From Eledone cirrhosa (taxonomy: Eukaryota), in the NCBI GenBank assembly GCA_964016885.1, contig OZ024743.1, positions 359,476,001 through 359,540,000 of the forward strand: a DNA stretch of 64,000 nucleotides, read 5' to 3'. Positions 12,260-25,130 of this stretch are shown in pieces; position 1 is the first letter of the stretch; the number at the start of each line of letters is the position of its first letter. The position numbers and the translations under genes were made by a program. Under the pieces are notes generated by a model that was given only the letters and a program-made list of their open reading frames with translations, had not been told where the DNA came from and made no database searches.

Positions 12260-15200
12260 ATGACCTCACTCAGAATAGGCAGCATAAATGCGCGTGGCTT
12301 GGGGTCGTCATGGAAGCAGGGCCACCTGCTCAACGACCTCAGGTCACTAAACATAGATGTAGTGGCCATCAGCGAGACCAGAATCGTCGAAGCACAATGC
12401 TTTCGCACCGATCTTCGGCGGCTACGATGTGTACGCATCTCCCAGCCGTCCGGGATCGGGGGAAGGAGTTGCTGTGCTTTTTCGGAGAGGTTTGGATCTT
12501 GCCATACGGGCCATCTTCCTGGACCCAGAAGGTAAGTTGGTGGTGCTGGACGTGACCAGCGGAGACGGGCAAGCTTTCAGGTTAGTGGCCGTCTATGCCC
12601 CGACAGGAGCAGGGCGGCCTGATTTCTTCCGGCGTCTGGAGACCTTTCTTGGAACGTCCCGCTCTTTAGTGTTAGTGGGCGACTGGAACAGGATCTTAGA
12701 TGCACGCTGGGATTGTGTGTGATTAGTGGATAGGGAAGGAGGGTGCAAGAGTCTCACCAACCTGCTCAGACGTTTTGAACTGTCTGACAGGTACCGAATG
12801 GATTTCCCGAATGTACCAATGTGGACTTGGACAAATCGTATAGGGTCATCAAGATCATATCTAGATAGAGTATTTTGTAGGGAAATAGATAGGTCTAGCA
12901 TAGGCTGTCCACAATTCAAGATAGTCAGCTACACGGACCACAAATTCGTGATCTGTGTGCTTGACTTAGATAGGCTTCATAGACGAGGACCCGGCTACTG
13001 GAAGTTAAACGCGTCCTTACCAGCGCGCAAGGCCTACAGAGACCGGATTAGCGAACTAGTTAAGCGGGCGTTGACGGGGGCCATCGTCAACAACAAGTGG
13101 TGGTTTGCTCTGAAAAGAGCAATTAGAATAGAGTCCATTAGGTTTAGTAAGACTTTAGCAATAGAGAAAAATAGAGCAGAGGGAGAATTAGTTAGAAAAT
13201 TAGATGAGGCGCTTAGCAAAGGCATCGCGACCGACGTACTTGCGGCGAAATTGGCCCTTGACCAATTCTTCAATGCAAAGCACGAAGGCTGCGTTGTCAG
13301 AGCTAGGGTGCGTGCTCTCAGACACGAGGGGACGAAAGCCGTTCAATGGGCCCGAGTGGCGGAGGCGCGTCGTGGCAACAAAGCCACGATCCGGTCTTTG
13401 GTGGACCACGACGGGCGCATGCTACTCGATCCCGGGCAAATGTGTGAAGCTTTTCAGCGACACTTCGCTCAACTGTTCGGGGGCAGTGGCGGGCCGGATC
13501 GAGGGATGGACTTTAGTGTCTACCTCGACGGACTGCCGCGGCTTTCGGCCACTGAGGCGGAGTGTTGCGAAAAGCCGATAACAACCGCTGAAGTACGGGA
13601 TGCAATGATTAGTTGCACAAGGGGTAAATCGCCTGGTTTGGATGGTCTGCCCTATGAACTTTACGTACAAATGCCAAACTTGTTCGGAGGCCTCTTGGCG
13701 GACGTCTACTGCAACTGGCAACAGAACGGGAGAATTCCCAGCTCTGTGAGCCGAGGAGCGGTGGCGCTGCTGAGAAAGGATCCGAACAAGGGGGATAACA
13801 TAGATAATTTTAGGCCCATAACTCTGCTAAACACAGAGTTCAAGATTTTGGCCAAGGTGCTAGCAAAGAGGTTGGCGCTTGTCGTTGGTGGCCTGGTGGG
13901 AGAGGCACAGACATGCGCCATTCCCGACAGATCCATCCACGACAACCTCCACCTCATGCGATACATCGTAGAGAGGGTAGCTAGGGAACCTGGCACGGGT
14001 GGGTCTTTGATCAATTTAGATCAGTCGAAAGCCTTCGATAGGGTCGACCATCGTTACCTAACGGCAGTCCTGAGGGCGGCTGGCTTTGCGCCCGTCTTCA
14101 GAGGCTGGATCGCTGCCATGCACAGCGACATCTGCTCTGTAGTGAGAGTGAACGGTCACCTTTCGGAACCGTTCAACATCATGCGCTCGGTCCGCCAAGG
14201 ATGTCCCCTCTCGTCCCTATTGTACGTATTGACTCTCGAGCCATTACTGCACAAACTGGAGACGTTGAGGGGGGTCCCGCGCGAACTAGGATGCGGAAGA
14301 TCCGTGTCAGCATATGCCGACGATGTCACCGTAGTGGTGTCGAACGCCAAACACATCGAGGCGATCGGCACTACACTAAGAGAATACGAAGCGGTGACAG
14401 GAGCAATGATCAACCAGGAAAAGTCAGTGGGCCTGCAGCTCGGCACCTGGAGAGGCAGGTCCATGCCGTCCAACAGCGTCGTCGGGCGCTGGACGGACGG
14501 ACCGGTTAAATTGCTAGGGGTCTGGTTCGGTCCAGACCTCCAGACGGACAAAAACTGGGACGAGGTGACGAGCAGGGTGGCTTCTCTCACCCAGAAATGG
14601 GCCGAGAGGAAGCTATCCCTGAAAGGTCGAGCGGAGGTGGCGAATGCGTACATCGCATCCGTCATCTACTACCGCCTGACCGTCGTACCTTGTCCTAAGC
14701 CCCGCCTGACTGCGCTGGAGCGTTTGCTCTTTCGCTTCTTGTGGAAGGGACGCGCTCCGATGGTCAGGCGGTCCATCTGCTGTCAACACCCGCTACGTGG
14801 AGGGCTGGGCATGCCGTGGCTGATGATGCGCAGACACGCGCTCAGGCTACGACATCTCCACCTCTTCCTCGACGGTGATCAGGTGTGGTCGCCGTTTGCA
14901 AGACGCGTTTTTCCCCAGCTCGTCTCCTTGACGGAGCTGCAGTCCTGGGTCAAGCGAAGACCAAGAGGGAGCGCTTGGAGACTGGAATGTCTTCAGGCGC
15001 TCACAGCCCTCGACCAATCGGGCAATGTGATCGGTGGAAACTCCACCTTGGCGTTCTATAGGGGATTAGTGGAGGGGAAGAGCGACGACGCACTTGGAGA
15101 AACTCTAGGCGTCGACGAAAATCAACTAGCCAATCTCTTCGGAAGGACTTTCGGGCCGGGGCCTATGGACAACTTCCAGAAATCCCTGGCCTGGCAGTGC

Positions 15201-15680
15201 TACCGAGGAGCTTTGCCAGTTCGGGATAAACTCTACAGGCATGGAGGTGCCGTCAGCCGGGCATGTCCGAGATGCGCGCAGGGCGACGAAACCGTCCTGC
15301 ACGCACTCGTCCAGTGTCCGAGCATTGCTGACTTGTGGGTTTATGTCGAACACCTGCTGTCACGTGTAGGACGGATCCAGCTATCAGCTGAGTCCATCGT
15401 GAGGATTGCCCCGCCCCCTTCCTTTAGCCTGGAAGGGCAGGCAGTTTTTATCTGTCTGGTGGCCATGGCGAAAGAGATAGTATGGTGGACACGTTTGAAA
15501 GGGCTGAAGACGAGCACTTACCTCTTCGGCGATGCCCTGATTAACTTTTTCAAATTTCATTTGAAAAGGAAAATCAGGGTAGAGAGGGAAGTGCTCTCTT
15601 CCCAGCATTTTGTTGAAAGATGGGTGAGAGAAGCAAGTATGGCCCGAATGAATGGGCCTTCTCTGAGTATGTGTCTGTAA
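12260..15680 (+). pseudogene. Tx1-A ORF2 (APE endonuclease, reverse transcriptase, C-terminal zinc finger), two frameshifts near 12395 and 12720
   Basis: SINARG, ISET, VYAP, GDWN, YLDR, TDH, WKLN, KSPGLDG, QGCPLS, AYADD, CPRC..ETVLHALVQC. Confidence 0.92.
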
Positions 15681-15922
15681 ATTAAAGGTGGAAAACTGGG
15701 AGAGGGCACTTGCCCTGGTGGTCAGGGCCACTGTGGTCTTTTAATGGGCTTTCTCCACAAATGTCCCTTGGAAGTCTGCCCCCTATTGGGGAATTTTTCT
15801 TTGTTATTTTATTTCAACCTCTGTTTTTTTACACGCAGAAATGCCCATTTGTACCGTCCTGTATTGTCCTGTACTGTCCTTAATGTCTACTTTATGTGAA
15901 CCCTTGTGGTTAATAAAGAAAA

Positions 15923-15985
<63 letters not shown>

Positions 15986-15995
15986 TGTTATTACT

Positions 15996-17218
15996 CTTTG
16001 TGTCTCAGTCATTGATGTTAGTTAACTGGAAAGTTTGTTGAGATGAATATCAAGCCACTACCTGCAGCCTCAGACATTCAGGACGTAACGGAGGGTTCCT
16101 GCTGTTCCCAGCAAGCATGCCTTTTGAAGTGTTCCAAAAAGCGGGGCGGGACCAATTTTCTTTAACCATCCATGGAAACTCTTTGAGATAGTGCCTAGTC
16201 CGCCTATGACAATCATGGCAGTTCCAAATCCTTTTTACCTCCCACTTTAAGTCCTGGTATCGGTTAATTCTCTCCCTCTCCTTCTCTTGCACTCTCGTGT
16301 CGAATGGGCAGGCTACATCCACAATCAGGCACGATCTTTTCCCTTGTCCCAAACCACCAGGTCAGGTCTATTGTGTTCCTGTTTCTTGTCGGTCTGTATC
16401 CTAAAATCCCACAGCATCTTCACCTTTCTATCACCAACTCTGGCCTATGCTCATACCACTTCTCAGAATGTGGTAAATTGTTTACTTTGCATAGGTGCCA
16501 GTGGAACACCCTGCCCATCACATCATGTCTCCAGCCTTTATAGTAAGTCTGGGCTAGGTGTTTACACTCGGATACAATGTGAGCCACAATCTCCTCTCTC
16601 TCTCCACAGATCCTACACAGTGGGCTAGCCTCCTCCTTGTAAATATGGTGTTTCAGCCACTTCGTTTTGAGGGCCTGCTCTTGCGCAGCCATTAGCATTC
16701 CTTCTGTAGCATTTTTAAGGTCTCGTCTTTTCAACCAGTTCCATGTCTGTGGATCTCTAAATTCAGTTTTCTCAAAGAAGGTACTATGAAGGGATTTTCC
16801 ATGAAGGTTGCTCTTTCTCATTGTTGTTATTTCCTCCTTGGACATCCCCTGGTCTATTGTCCTCTCCTTCAGTACAATTCTGACCATTGGCTCCCTACTA
16901 TCAGTGACGTATTTGTGTAGGTAGTTTTTCTTCATCTGAACACAGTTCTCTATGCTGAAAAGACCTCTTCCACATTCATATCTCCTTAAGTATAGTCTAT
17001 CGACATCACTCCTCTTGTGGAACATGTTGTAGATATTCAATAGCTTCCTAGTCTTCCTATCCATTTCTTTTTGTTCAGCAAATTCCATCTCAGAATTCCA
17101 TCCCTAGACACAGCTAGGGAATTTACTGCACTTATGACATTCCTACTGTTCAGATGTGACTTTAATACGCTCCTTATTCTCCGATTGTATTCAGACATTA
17201 TCAATTCCTTCATTTTCT
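15996..17218 (-). mobile_element. R4/Dong-like RLE LINE Dong-B, 3' portion
   Basis: DVDRLYL, AAQEQAL, CRICGEREEIVAHIVSEC, RHD, IVDVACPFD..RYQDL; (TTA)n at the 3' end. Confidence 0.88.
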
Positions 17219-17277
17219 ATTATTATATTATCAATTTATTTATTTATTTATTTATTTATTTATTATTATTAATATTG

Positions 17278-20200
17278 AATGCCATGGATGACGGAGGCCC
17301 GGCTCTGTAAGGTATAGTAATTTTTAACCGTTATAACAATTGTAAATTGTTTAAAACTTGAACCAAATTGTAGATAAAGACACCCTCCTCCTCGTGATGG
17401 GTCTTTCTGCCCGTTATTTGGCCCTTCGCGGTTAAATAACCGTTTATTGGGGTTTTGTGCCCAATATTCATTTTAAACCGTAAAAAAAAACATGGCTACA
17501 AAAAAGAATGTTCACAAGTCACTCCCACTGCTTCCGTCTTCTTCCTCAATCGTCATTACCTCAGAGAAAAGATTGTCTCTCTCCATTCCTTCTCTAAATG
17601 TGGTGTCGCCTCTTTCGCAAGCGACGCCATTAAAGAAAAAGAAAAATGTAGTTTCTCGTACTTTTCTTCATCAAGAGAACGCGCATACCGTGGAACATTT
17701 CTCCACGACGACGACAACGACGTAAGACGTGTGCGGTAAATACGGAAAGCCATTTCATTCGTCTGACGTCATGAAGAATAACAGCAGCAGCAGCAACAGT
17801 GGCGAGGAAAATATTAGTAGCAGCCGCAACAACATCAGCAGCAGCATAAACAACAACAACAACAGCAGCAGCAGCAGCAGCAACAACAACAACCACAGCA
17901 ACAGCGGCGGCGGCGGTCGTAGTACCAGCAGCAACAACAAAAGTAACAGCAGCTCTGACGACAACAACAACAACAACAACAACAACAAGAAAGAAAAACC
18001 AATCTCGTCTGTAGGTATCACAAAGAACCTGGAAACCATCCTTATAACAAATGAGGAATTACAGGAAGCAAAGAAGATGGTGACGAAAACCGGACACCGA
18101 GCAATCTGCAAAGCAGCCGAATAATTTTTCGAAACCAAACAGTACTGTACGGTCACGTACCGTACAGTAAGCACAAAATCACGTAGGGTTGAAAGAGCCA
18201 CAGAGGCTCAAATACAAAAAGCCTTAGAGTCTGTGCGGAAAACGCATATCACCCGAGGCAAGAAATATGCTACCGTGGACGTGATTTTTGCCACACCCCA
18301 GGAGGCAAAGGCTCAATCCTTAGTGACCCTAAGGAGCGAGGAAATGGTGTTGGTGCCCTCCTACTGCGGGCAAAAAATTGTGAGGGTCAAACAGAGTCAA
18401 TTCCCCCCCCCCCCCCCAGGGATGGCCTCTTCTTGGCTGGCCGCGTCTGTTCTCGTCGGAATCGAGGACAAAACAACCGTACTGCAAGTACAGAAAAAAG
18501 TACGAGAAGATTGGGTCGGCGCCTCCATTGAGATGTTAATTCAAACCAACCAGGAGTGCATCGAAGCTATCCCGGATGTGATAGACTTCGATAACGGCAC
18601 TCAACTTCCCATAAGTGTTGAGGACAAACGCCCGAAATGCTTTCGCTGTGGGTGGAAGACTCACCTCAGGGCCTTCTGCAATGAGAAGTCCCCGAGAAAT
18701 GAGAAAACCCCCCTCCTTCTGAAACCGGCTCCACTGCTAATAGCAACAGGACAGGTGGCAAGCAGGAAGGATAGGTCCGTGGCACCCATGCCCACGCCAC
18801 GGAAATCAAGAACAGCAGCAGCAGTGGAAGTATTAACAACAACAACAGTAATACCAACTGCAACTGAAACAGAGACTCCACTGCAACCATCACCAACGAG
18901 AACAAGTGAAAGAGTGGAGCTGGTACCCCTCCCCGACCTCACAGAATCGGACATGGAGTGTGTGATGGGAGAGGGATGGCAAAAGGTCGCAAGAAGGCAC
19001 AAACGCAGAAGCAGCGCATCGTTGCCTTCGAAAATGGAGGGAAGAAATGAAAAAAGGGTAAAGGCTACTGGAAAGAGACTTACAGCAGCAACACCACCAA
19101 CACCATCACCACCCACACTAGCACTACCATCACCACCGGCGGCAACCCCACTGCCAACAACAACAACACCTTCAACACCACCACCACAAGCACCATCATC
19201 GCAAACACAACAACAAAACACACACACCCAGCAACAACGAGAAGAAAATAGCAGAACCACACCTCACCTCCAGAAAAAGAAATGCACAGCAATAAATACA
19301 GACAAGAAACTAATGACTTACATAATTGAACACACAGACATTTCAAATCACGACTACATAATACCAGCACCAATCAAAACACCAACGAACATAAGACTGG
19401 TAAGAATATCACAGAAACAATACACAGACATTAAAAATGAAATTCCCCAACGCAGTTGGTGATTTCATAGACCTAGACCCAGAAGGTAAGTTGGTGGTGC
19501 TTTCAGGCTAGTAGCCGTCTATGCCCCGACAGATACAGGACGGCCAGATTTCTTTAGACGTCTAGAGACCTTTCTTGGAACGTCCCGCTCTTTAGTGTTA
19601 GTGGGCGACTGGAACGGTATCCTGGATGCACGCTGGGATAATGTGGGGCTAGTGGATAGGGAAGGAGGGTGCAAGAGCCTCACTAACCTGCTCAGACGTT
19701 CTGAACTGTCTGACAGGTATCGACTGGATCACCCGAATGTGCCAATGTAGACATGGACAAACCGCATCGGGTCATCCAGATCGTATCTCGATAGGGTATT
19801 CTGCAGAGAACTAGATAAGGCTAGTATAAGTTGTCCACAATTTAATATAGTTGACTACACAGACCATAAATTTGTGATCTGTGAGATCGACATAGACAGA
19901 ATCCATAGACAAGGGCCCCCTTACTGGAAGCTGAACGCGTTTTTCCCGGCGCGCAAAGCCTACAGGGATCGGATTAGCGTAGTAGTTAAGCGGGCGTTGA
20001 CGGGAGCGGTCGTCAACAACAGGTGGTGGTTCTCCCTGAAAAGGGCAATTAAAGTAGAGTCGATTAGGTTTAGAAAATGACTAGTGATAGAGGAAAATAG
20101 AGTAGAGGGAGAGCTAGTCAGAAAGCTAGAAGAGGCGTTTAGGACATGCATCGCAACTGACGTGCTTGCGGCGAGATTGGCACTCGACCAATTTTTCAAC

Positions 20201-22819
20201 GCAAAACACGAAGGCTGCGTTGTCAGAGCTAGAGCGCGTGCTCTGAAACACGAGGGGACAAAAGCCGTCCAATGGGCCCGGGTGACAGAGGCGCGACGTG
20301 GAAACAAACCCACAATTCGGTCTTTGTCTAATCAAAACGGGCGTGTGTTGCTTGAACCCGAGCAGATGTGTGAAGCTTTTCAGCATCACTTTGCTGAACT
20401 GTTCGGGAGCAGCGGCGGGCCGGATCGGTGTATGGACTTCAGTGCATACCTCGATGGACTGCCTCGGCTCTCGACGACCGCAGCACAGTGTTGCAAAAAG
20501 CCAATAACAGCCAGTGAAATACGGGAAGCGATGGCTAGCTGCACGAGGGGTAATTCGCCAGGTTTGGATAGTCTGCCCTACGAGCTTTATGCATTTATGC
20601 CAGACTTGTTCCGGCAGCAGAACGGGAGCATTCCTAGTTTTGTGAGCCGGGGAGCGGTGGGGATGCTGAGAAACGACCCGATCAAGGGGGATGTTATCGA
20701 TAACTTCAGGCCCATAACCCTGTTAAACGCAGAGTTCAAGATTTTGGCCAAGGTGTTAGCAACGAGGTTTGCGCTTGTCCCCAAGGGTCTGTGGGAGAGG
20801 TACAGACATGCGCCATTCCGGACAGATCCATACACGACAACTTCTACCTCATGCGATACATCATAGAGAGGGTGGTTAAGGAACCTGGCACGGGTGGGAC
20901 CCTGATCAACTTGGATCAATCCAAAGCATTCAAATAGGGCCGACCATCGGTACCTGGCGGTGTTTCTCGAGGCAGTCGGTTTTGGGCCCGTTTTCAGGGG
21001 TTGGATCCCTGCGATGTACAGCGACATCTGCTCAGTTGTGAGGGTGAACGGTCACCTGTCGCAGCCGATCAGCATCATGCACTCGGTCCCCCAGGGTTGT
21101 CCCCTCTCGTCCATCGTGTACGTATTGGTTCTCAAGCCGTTACTGCACCTACTGGGGGCGATGAGGGGCGTCCCACGCGAACTAGGATGCGGGAAATCCG
21201 AGTCGGCTTGCGCGGACGACATCACCGTCGCGATGTCGAGCACCAGACCGGTCCAGATGCTCGGCACCGCTCTCAAGGAATACGAAGCGGTGACAGGAGC
21301 AAAGATAAACCAGGAAAAGTCGGTGGGCTTGCAGCTCGGCACCTGGAGAGGCAAGTCCATGCCGTCCGACAGCGTCGTGGGGCGATGGACGGACGGACCG
21401 GTTAAATTTCTCGGGGTCTGGTTCGGACCGGACCTCCAGATGGAGAAAAACTGGAACGAGGTGACGAGCAAGGTGGCCTCCATCACCCAGAAATGGGCCG
21501 CGAGGAAGCTGTCCATGAAAGGACGAGCGGAAGTGGCGAATGCGTACATCGCATCCGTCATCTGCTACCGCCTCACCGTCGTCCCTTGGCCCGGCCCAAC
21601 TCTCACCAAAATGGAGCGCCTCCTCTTCCGCTTTTTGTGGAAGGGACGCGCTCCCATGGTCAGACGATCCATCTGCTGTCAACACCCGTTGTGTGGAGGA
21701 CTGGGCATGCCATGGCTGATGATGCGCAAACATGCGCTGAGGCTGCGACATCTCTGGTGCTTCCTTGACGGTGAACAGGTGTGGTCGCCGTTCGCCAGGC
21801 ACGTTTTCCCACAGCTCGTCTCCTTGGCGGAGCTGCAGTCCTGGGTCAGGAAAAGACCGAGGGATAGCGCTTGGAAACTGGAATGTTTCCACCTCGGCGT
21901 TCTATAGAGGACTAGTAGAAGGGAAGAGCGACGACGTTCTCGGAGAGTTCCTGGGCGTCGAAGAAGATCAGCTGTTTGCTCTCTTCCGGAGAACTTTCAG
22001 CCCAGGGCCTATGGATAACTTCCCAAAATCCCTGGCCTGGCAGTGCTACCGGGGAGCGTTGCCGGTTCGAGATAAGCTCTACAGGCACGGAAGTGCCGTC
22101 AGCCGAGACTGTCCGAGATGCGCGCAGAGCGACGAAACCGTCGTGCACGCACTCGTTTAGTACCCGAGCATTGCTGACTTGTGGAGCTATGTCAAACAGT
22201 TGCTGTCGCGTGGAGGACTGACCGGTTATCGACTGAGTCCATTGTGCAGATGGTCTCACCGTCTTCCTCCGAGGAGGAAGGGCCGCGGTTTTCATCTGCC
22301 TGGTGGCCATTGCGAAAGGGACTGTGTGGTGGACAAGGTTGAAAGGGTTAAAGACAGATACTTTCCTCTTCGGCGAATCCCTAATTAACTTTTTCAAGTT
22401 TCAGTTGAAGAGGAAAATCAGGGTGGCGAGGCAAGTGCTGCCTTCTAGCAAGTTTGTTGAAAGGTGGGTGAATGTAGCGAGAATGGTCCGAGTGAACGGG
22501 ACCGCTCTGAATATACGCCTGTAGTTTGAGAAATGGAAACAATTGAGAGAGGGCACTTGCCCTGGTGGTCAGGGGGCCGTGGTCTTTTGTGTGGTTTTCG
22601 CCACGAGTAACCCTCGGAGTTTTCCCCCCTATTGGGGAATTTTTCATTGTTTGAATTTTCATTTTTATTGTTTATATATATATATATGTTTCTATGTCTT
22701 TTTTTTCTTTTCTATATAAATAATAAACATCTTTACACGCACAAAACACACATCGTACCGTCCTGTGCCGTCTGTAATGTTTTTTCTTGATGTCAACCCT
22801 AGTGGCCAATAAAGAAATC
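17278..22819 (+). mobile_element. Tx1-clade LINE Tx1-B, diverged and degenerate (stops, frameshifts, ORF1/APE junction deleted near 19470)
   Basis: ORF1 knuckle CFRCGWKTHLRAFC; ORF2 fragments highly similar to Tx1-A; ends aataaagaaatc then (ATT)n. Confidence 0.9.
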
Positions 22820-22832
22820 ATTATTATTATTA

Positions 22833-22883
22833 TACCAGTAATGCACTGGGATAATTGCTGGCCTTGTGCCAAAAGTAGAAACA
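22833..22883 (+). mobile_element. 5'-truncated SINE 3' fragment inside an (ATT)n array
   Basis: taccagtaatgcactgggataattgctggccttgtgccaaaagtagaaac with ATT on both sides. Confidence 0.85.
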
Positions 22884-22900
22884 ATTATTATTATTATTGT

Positions 22901-24297
22901 TCTTTGAGTCTCAGTCATTGATGTTATTCAACTGGAAAATTTGTTGAAATGAATATCAAACCACTAACTGCAGCCTCAGATATTCAGGACGTATCGGAGG
23001 GTTCTTGCTGTTCCCAGCAAGCATGCATTTTGAAGTGTTCCAAAAGCCTGATCATTATGTTCAACATCCTGCTCCCATATTCCTCATCAGAATGTCTTAG
23101 TCTGTTCCGCCTGCAGGATCAAGTCGTTGCCTCTTTCTTTCCCTTCAAGCTGTCCAAACAACATCTTCTGGTTGTTGTCAAACATGCGGTTCTGTCTATA
23201 CTGGCTGACTCTGCTCTCATGCCGCCTAATCTTTGCACCCTTTGCTACAATGCGTTGCTTCAGTTCCTCTATGATGATATTTAGCTCTTTCCTCCTAGTT
23301 TTATACTTTATTTCCAGACTATTTTGAGTGTCTATGTTTTGTAGTGTCCCATTAAGTAGGGACTCAAGCTTTCCAATGTCATTTCTCACTTCCTTGATTT
23401 GACCATTCAGTCGTTTCTTCCACCAAGGTTCTGATTTTTCTTGTTTGTTGTTTCCTCTCGCTTTTATGCCAAGTAATTTCCTCACCGCATTTGCTGTTGC
23501 TTTGAGGATACTGTGTCACTGGTGAAGGTTCCTCGCCTCAAGGTATGGGATGACGTTGTTTACCTTAGCTGTTGTTTATTTTAACTTTTTCCTTTCTACA
23601 AATCTTAGGTTCATAGGTTTCCCACTATTATTGTTCATTTCATCTACCACTAAGTTTAGGATATCAACCAAATCTTGTCCTAGCCCGTCAGCATTCATTT
23701 TCTCAATGGGCGTATCTTTGTTCCAGGTATTATTTATTTCAGCATTCAGATCATTGTCTGCTTCGGATGGTTCCTCCGTTCCCTCAACCTCTTCCCTTCA
23801 TTTCCCACTGGCTCGTTTGCCTGGCATACTCCACTCTCCATTTCCAACCTAATCTCTCTGCTCAGTTCCTCCAGTTCCAGCTCACTTATCGACCCATTAG
23901 TTCTTATTACCCTAGCCTGCCCGGCCAATTTTTGTTCATCTAATTTAAATAGACCAATCTTGTTCCAGATGTTATGCATCCGTTTCCTTGGGGTTACTCT
24001 TCAGGTAACATTGCATAACAGTTATATTCAATTCTTTCGTCCAGTTGGTTCTGGTCCCTTTCCTTCTTCTTCTTCCTCCGACACCAGCAGTATTTGGTTG
24101 ACAGCCAGGTCCCTGCTGCTGAGCCAGGGAGCACCTGCTGGGTGACAGTCTGTCACATGACATTCCAGTCTCCACTTCACCGTTATTCGAACTGTTTAGG
24201 TTCGACATTTAAACACTCATATCGAGGATTGGTGAATGTATGGTTACATAACCACCGGTGATTTTAGTGTGGCACTATCACTCTGTAGACGAACATA
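22901..24297 (-). mobile_element. Dong-B copy 2: 5' region joined to the 3' terminus by a large internal deletion
   Basis: 22901-23045 matches 15996-16140; upstream part encodes Dong N-terminal motifs RTNWTKELNITVMQCY and EPWWKKRL. Confidence 0.82.
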
Positions 24298-24329
24298 AAT
24301 AAACAAACAAACAAATGGGTACCCCCCCC

Positions 24330-25050
24330 CAAAAAAAAAGCATAAGTTTCATTGTAATGTAATGTTTGAATGTGGGACTTAATTTTTTTTTCTTGTCAAT
24401 CTGTCTTTGTTTTTCTTTTCTTTTTTCTTCTCTTTACGTTTTTCGTTGCTGCTGTGGTGTTTTGATTTTGATTTTTGACTTTTTGATTTTTTGACCAGGT
24501 CATCAAATCAGTCTATTTATATCTTTTGATGCCTTCCTCATTTAGTGGGAATACTACGATGCCTGTCTTAGCAGGAGGTAGTGGGAGAGAATAGCGGTGG
24601 TAGCGATAATGAGGCAGTGGTGGTGGTGGTGATGTGCTAGTGGTACTTAGCAGGAGGTAGTGGGAGAGAATAGCGGCTGTAGCGATAATGAGGCAGCGGT
24701 GGTGGTGATGTGATCGTAGTAGTGTAGTGATGGTGTTGAAGTTGAAGTAGAAATAGAAGTTGAGGTAACTTGACAAGATTTTTTGGTGATGGTGGCGGTG
24801 GTGGTGTTGGTGGTGAAATTATTTGCCTGTCTGTCCACTTAGCCATTTTTCTCATTTTCGACTATAACATTTCTGATCCAAAATTAAATATTAAATATTG
24901 GGGCCCTATGCCGTAATGTGATGCGTTGTCGCTTGCTGAGAGTAAAAAACTGTAATCTTATACTTCATTTATAATAAGAATTAATCTATCACAGTTGTTT
25001 TAAATAAGTCAAAAACTTACGGGAGCGATTCCATAACGATATATATCCAC
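24330..25050 (-). mobile_element. possible 5' fragment (UTR plus ORF1 start) of another Tx1-like family; contains a ~79-bp tandem duplication at ~24567-24720
   Basis: Minus strand gccccaatatttaa…gaaaaATGGCTAAG resembles Tx1-A gcccaaaatttaa…gaaaaaaATGGCTAAT; Pro/Thr-rich translation. Confidence 0.4.
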
Positions 25051-25098
25051 CATGTGCGTTTTCTTCCCTATATTATTATTATTATTATTATTACAGCT

Positions 25099-25116
25099 TT
25101 AAAAAATAAAGAAAAC
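25099..25116 (+). mobile_element. extremely 5'-truncated Tx1-A insertion (18 bp) with an 18-bp TSD
   Basis: Insert ends aataaagaaaac (the Tx1-A 3' end); attattattattacagct is duplicated at 25081-25098 and 25117-25134. Confidence 0.8.
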
Positions 25117-25130
25117 ATTATTATTATTAC

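Larger units (their letters stand above)
10036..15923 (+). mobile_element. Tx1-clade LINE, Tx1-A copy 1, apparently full length (~5.9 kb), inserted in (ATT)n
   Basis: 5' UTR, ORF1, ORF2, 3' end aataaagaaaac with no poly(A); ATT arrays on both sides; ~99% identical to 28217-34110. Confidence 0.93.

Noticed and set aside
13034-15731. Antisense and alternative-frame ORFs over Tx1 ORF2
   Set aside because: Expected shadow ORFs in GC-rich coding sequence
24205-24297. TCCTCG (HDV L3-like) in the Dong-B 5' UTR
   Set aside because: Could not build P1, P2 and P3 helices
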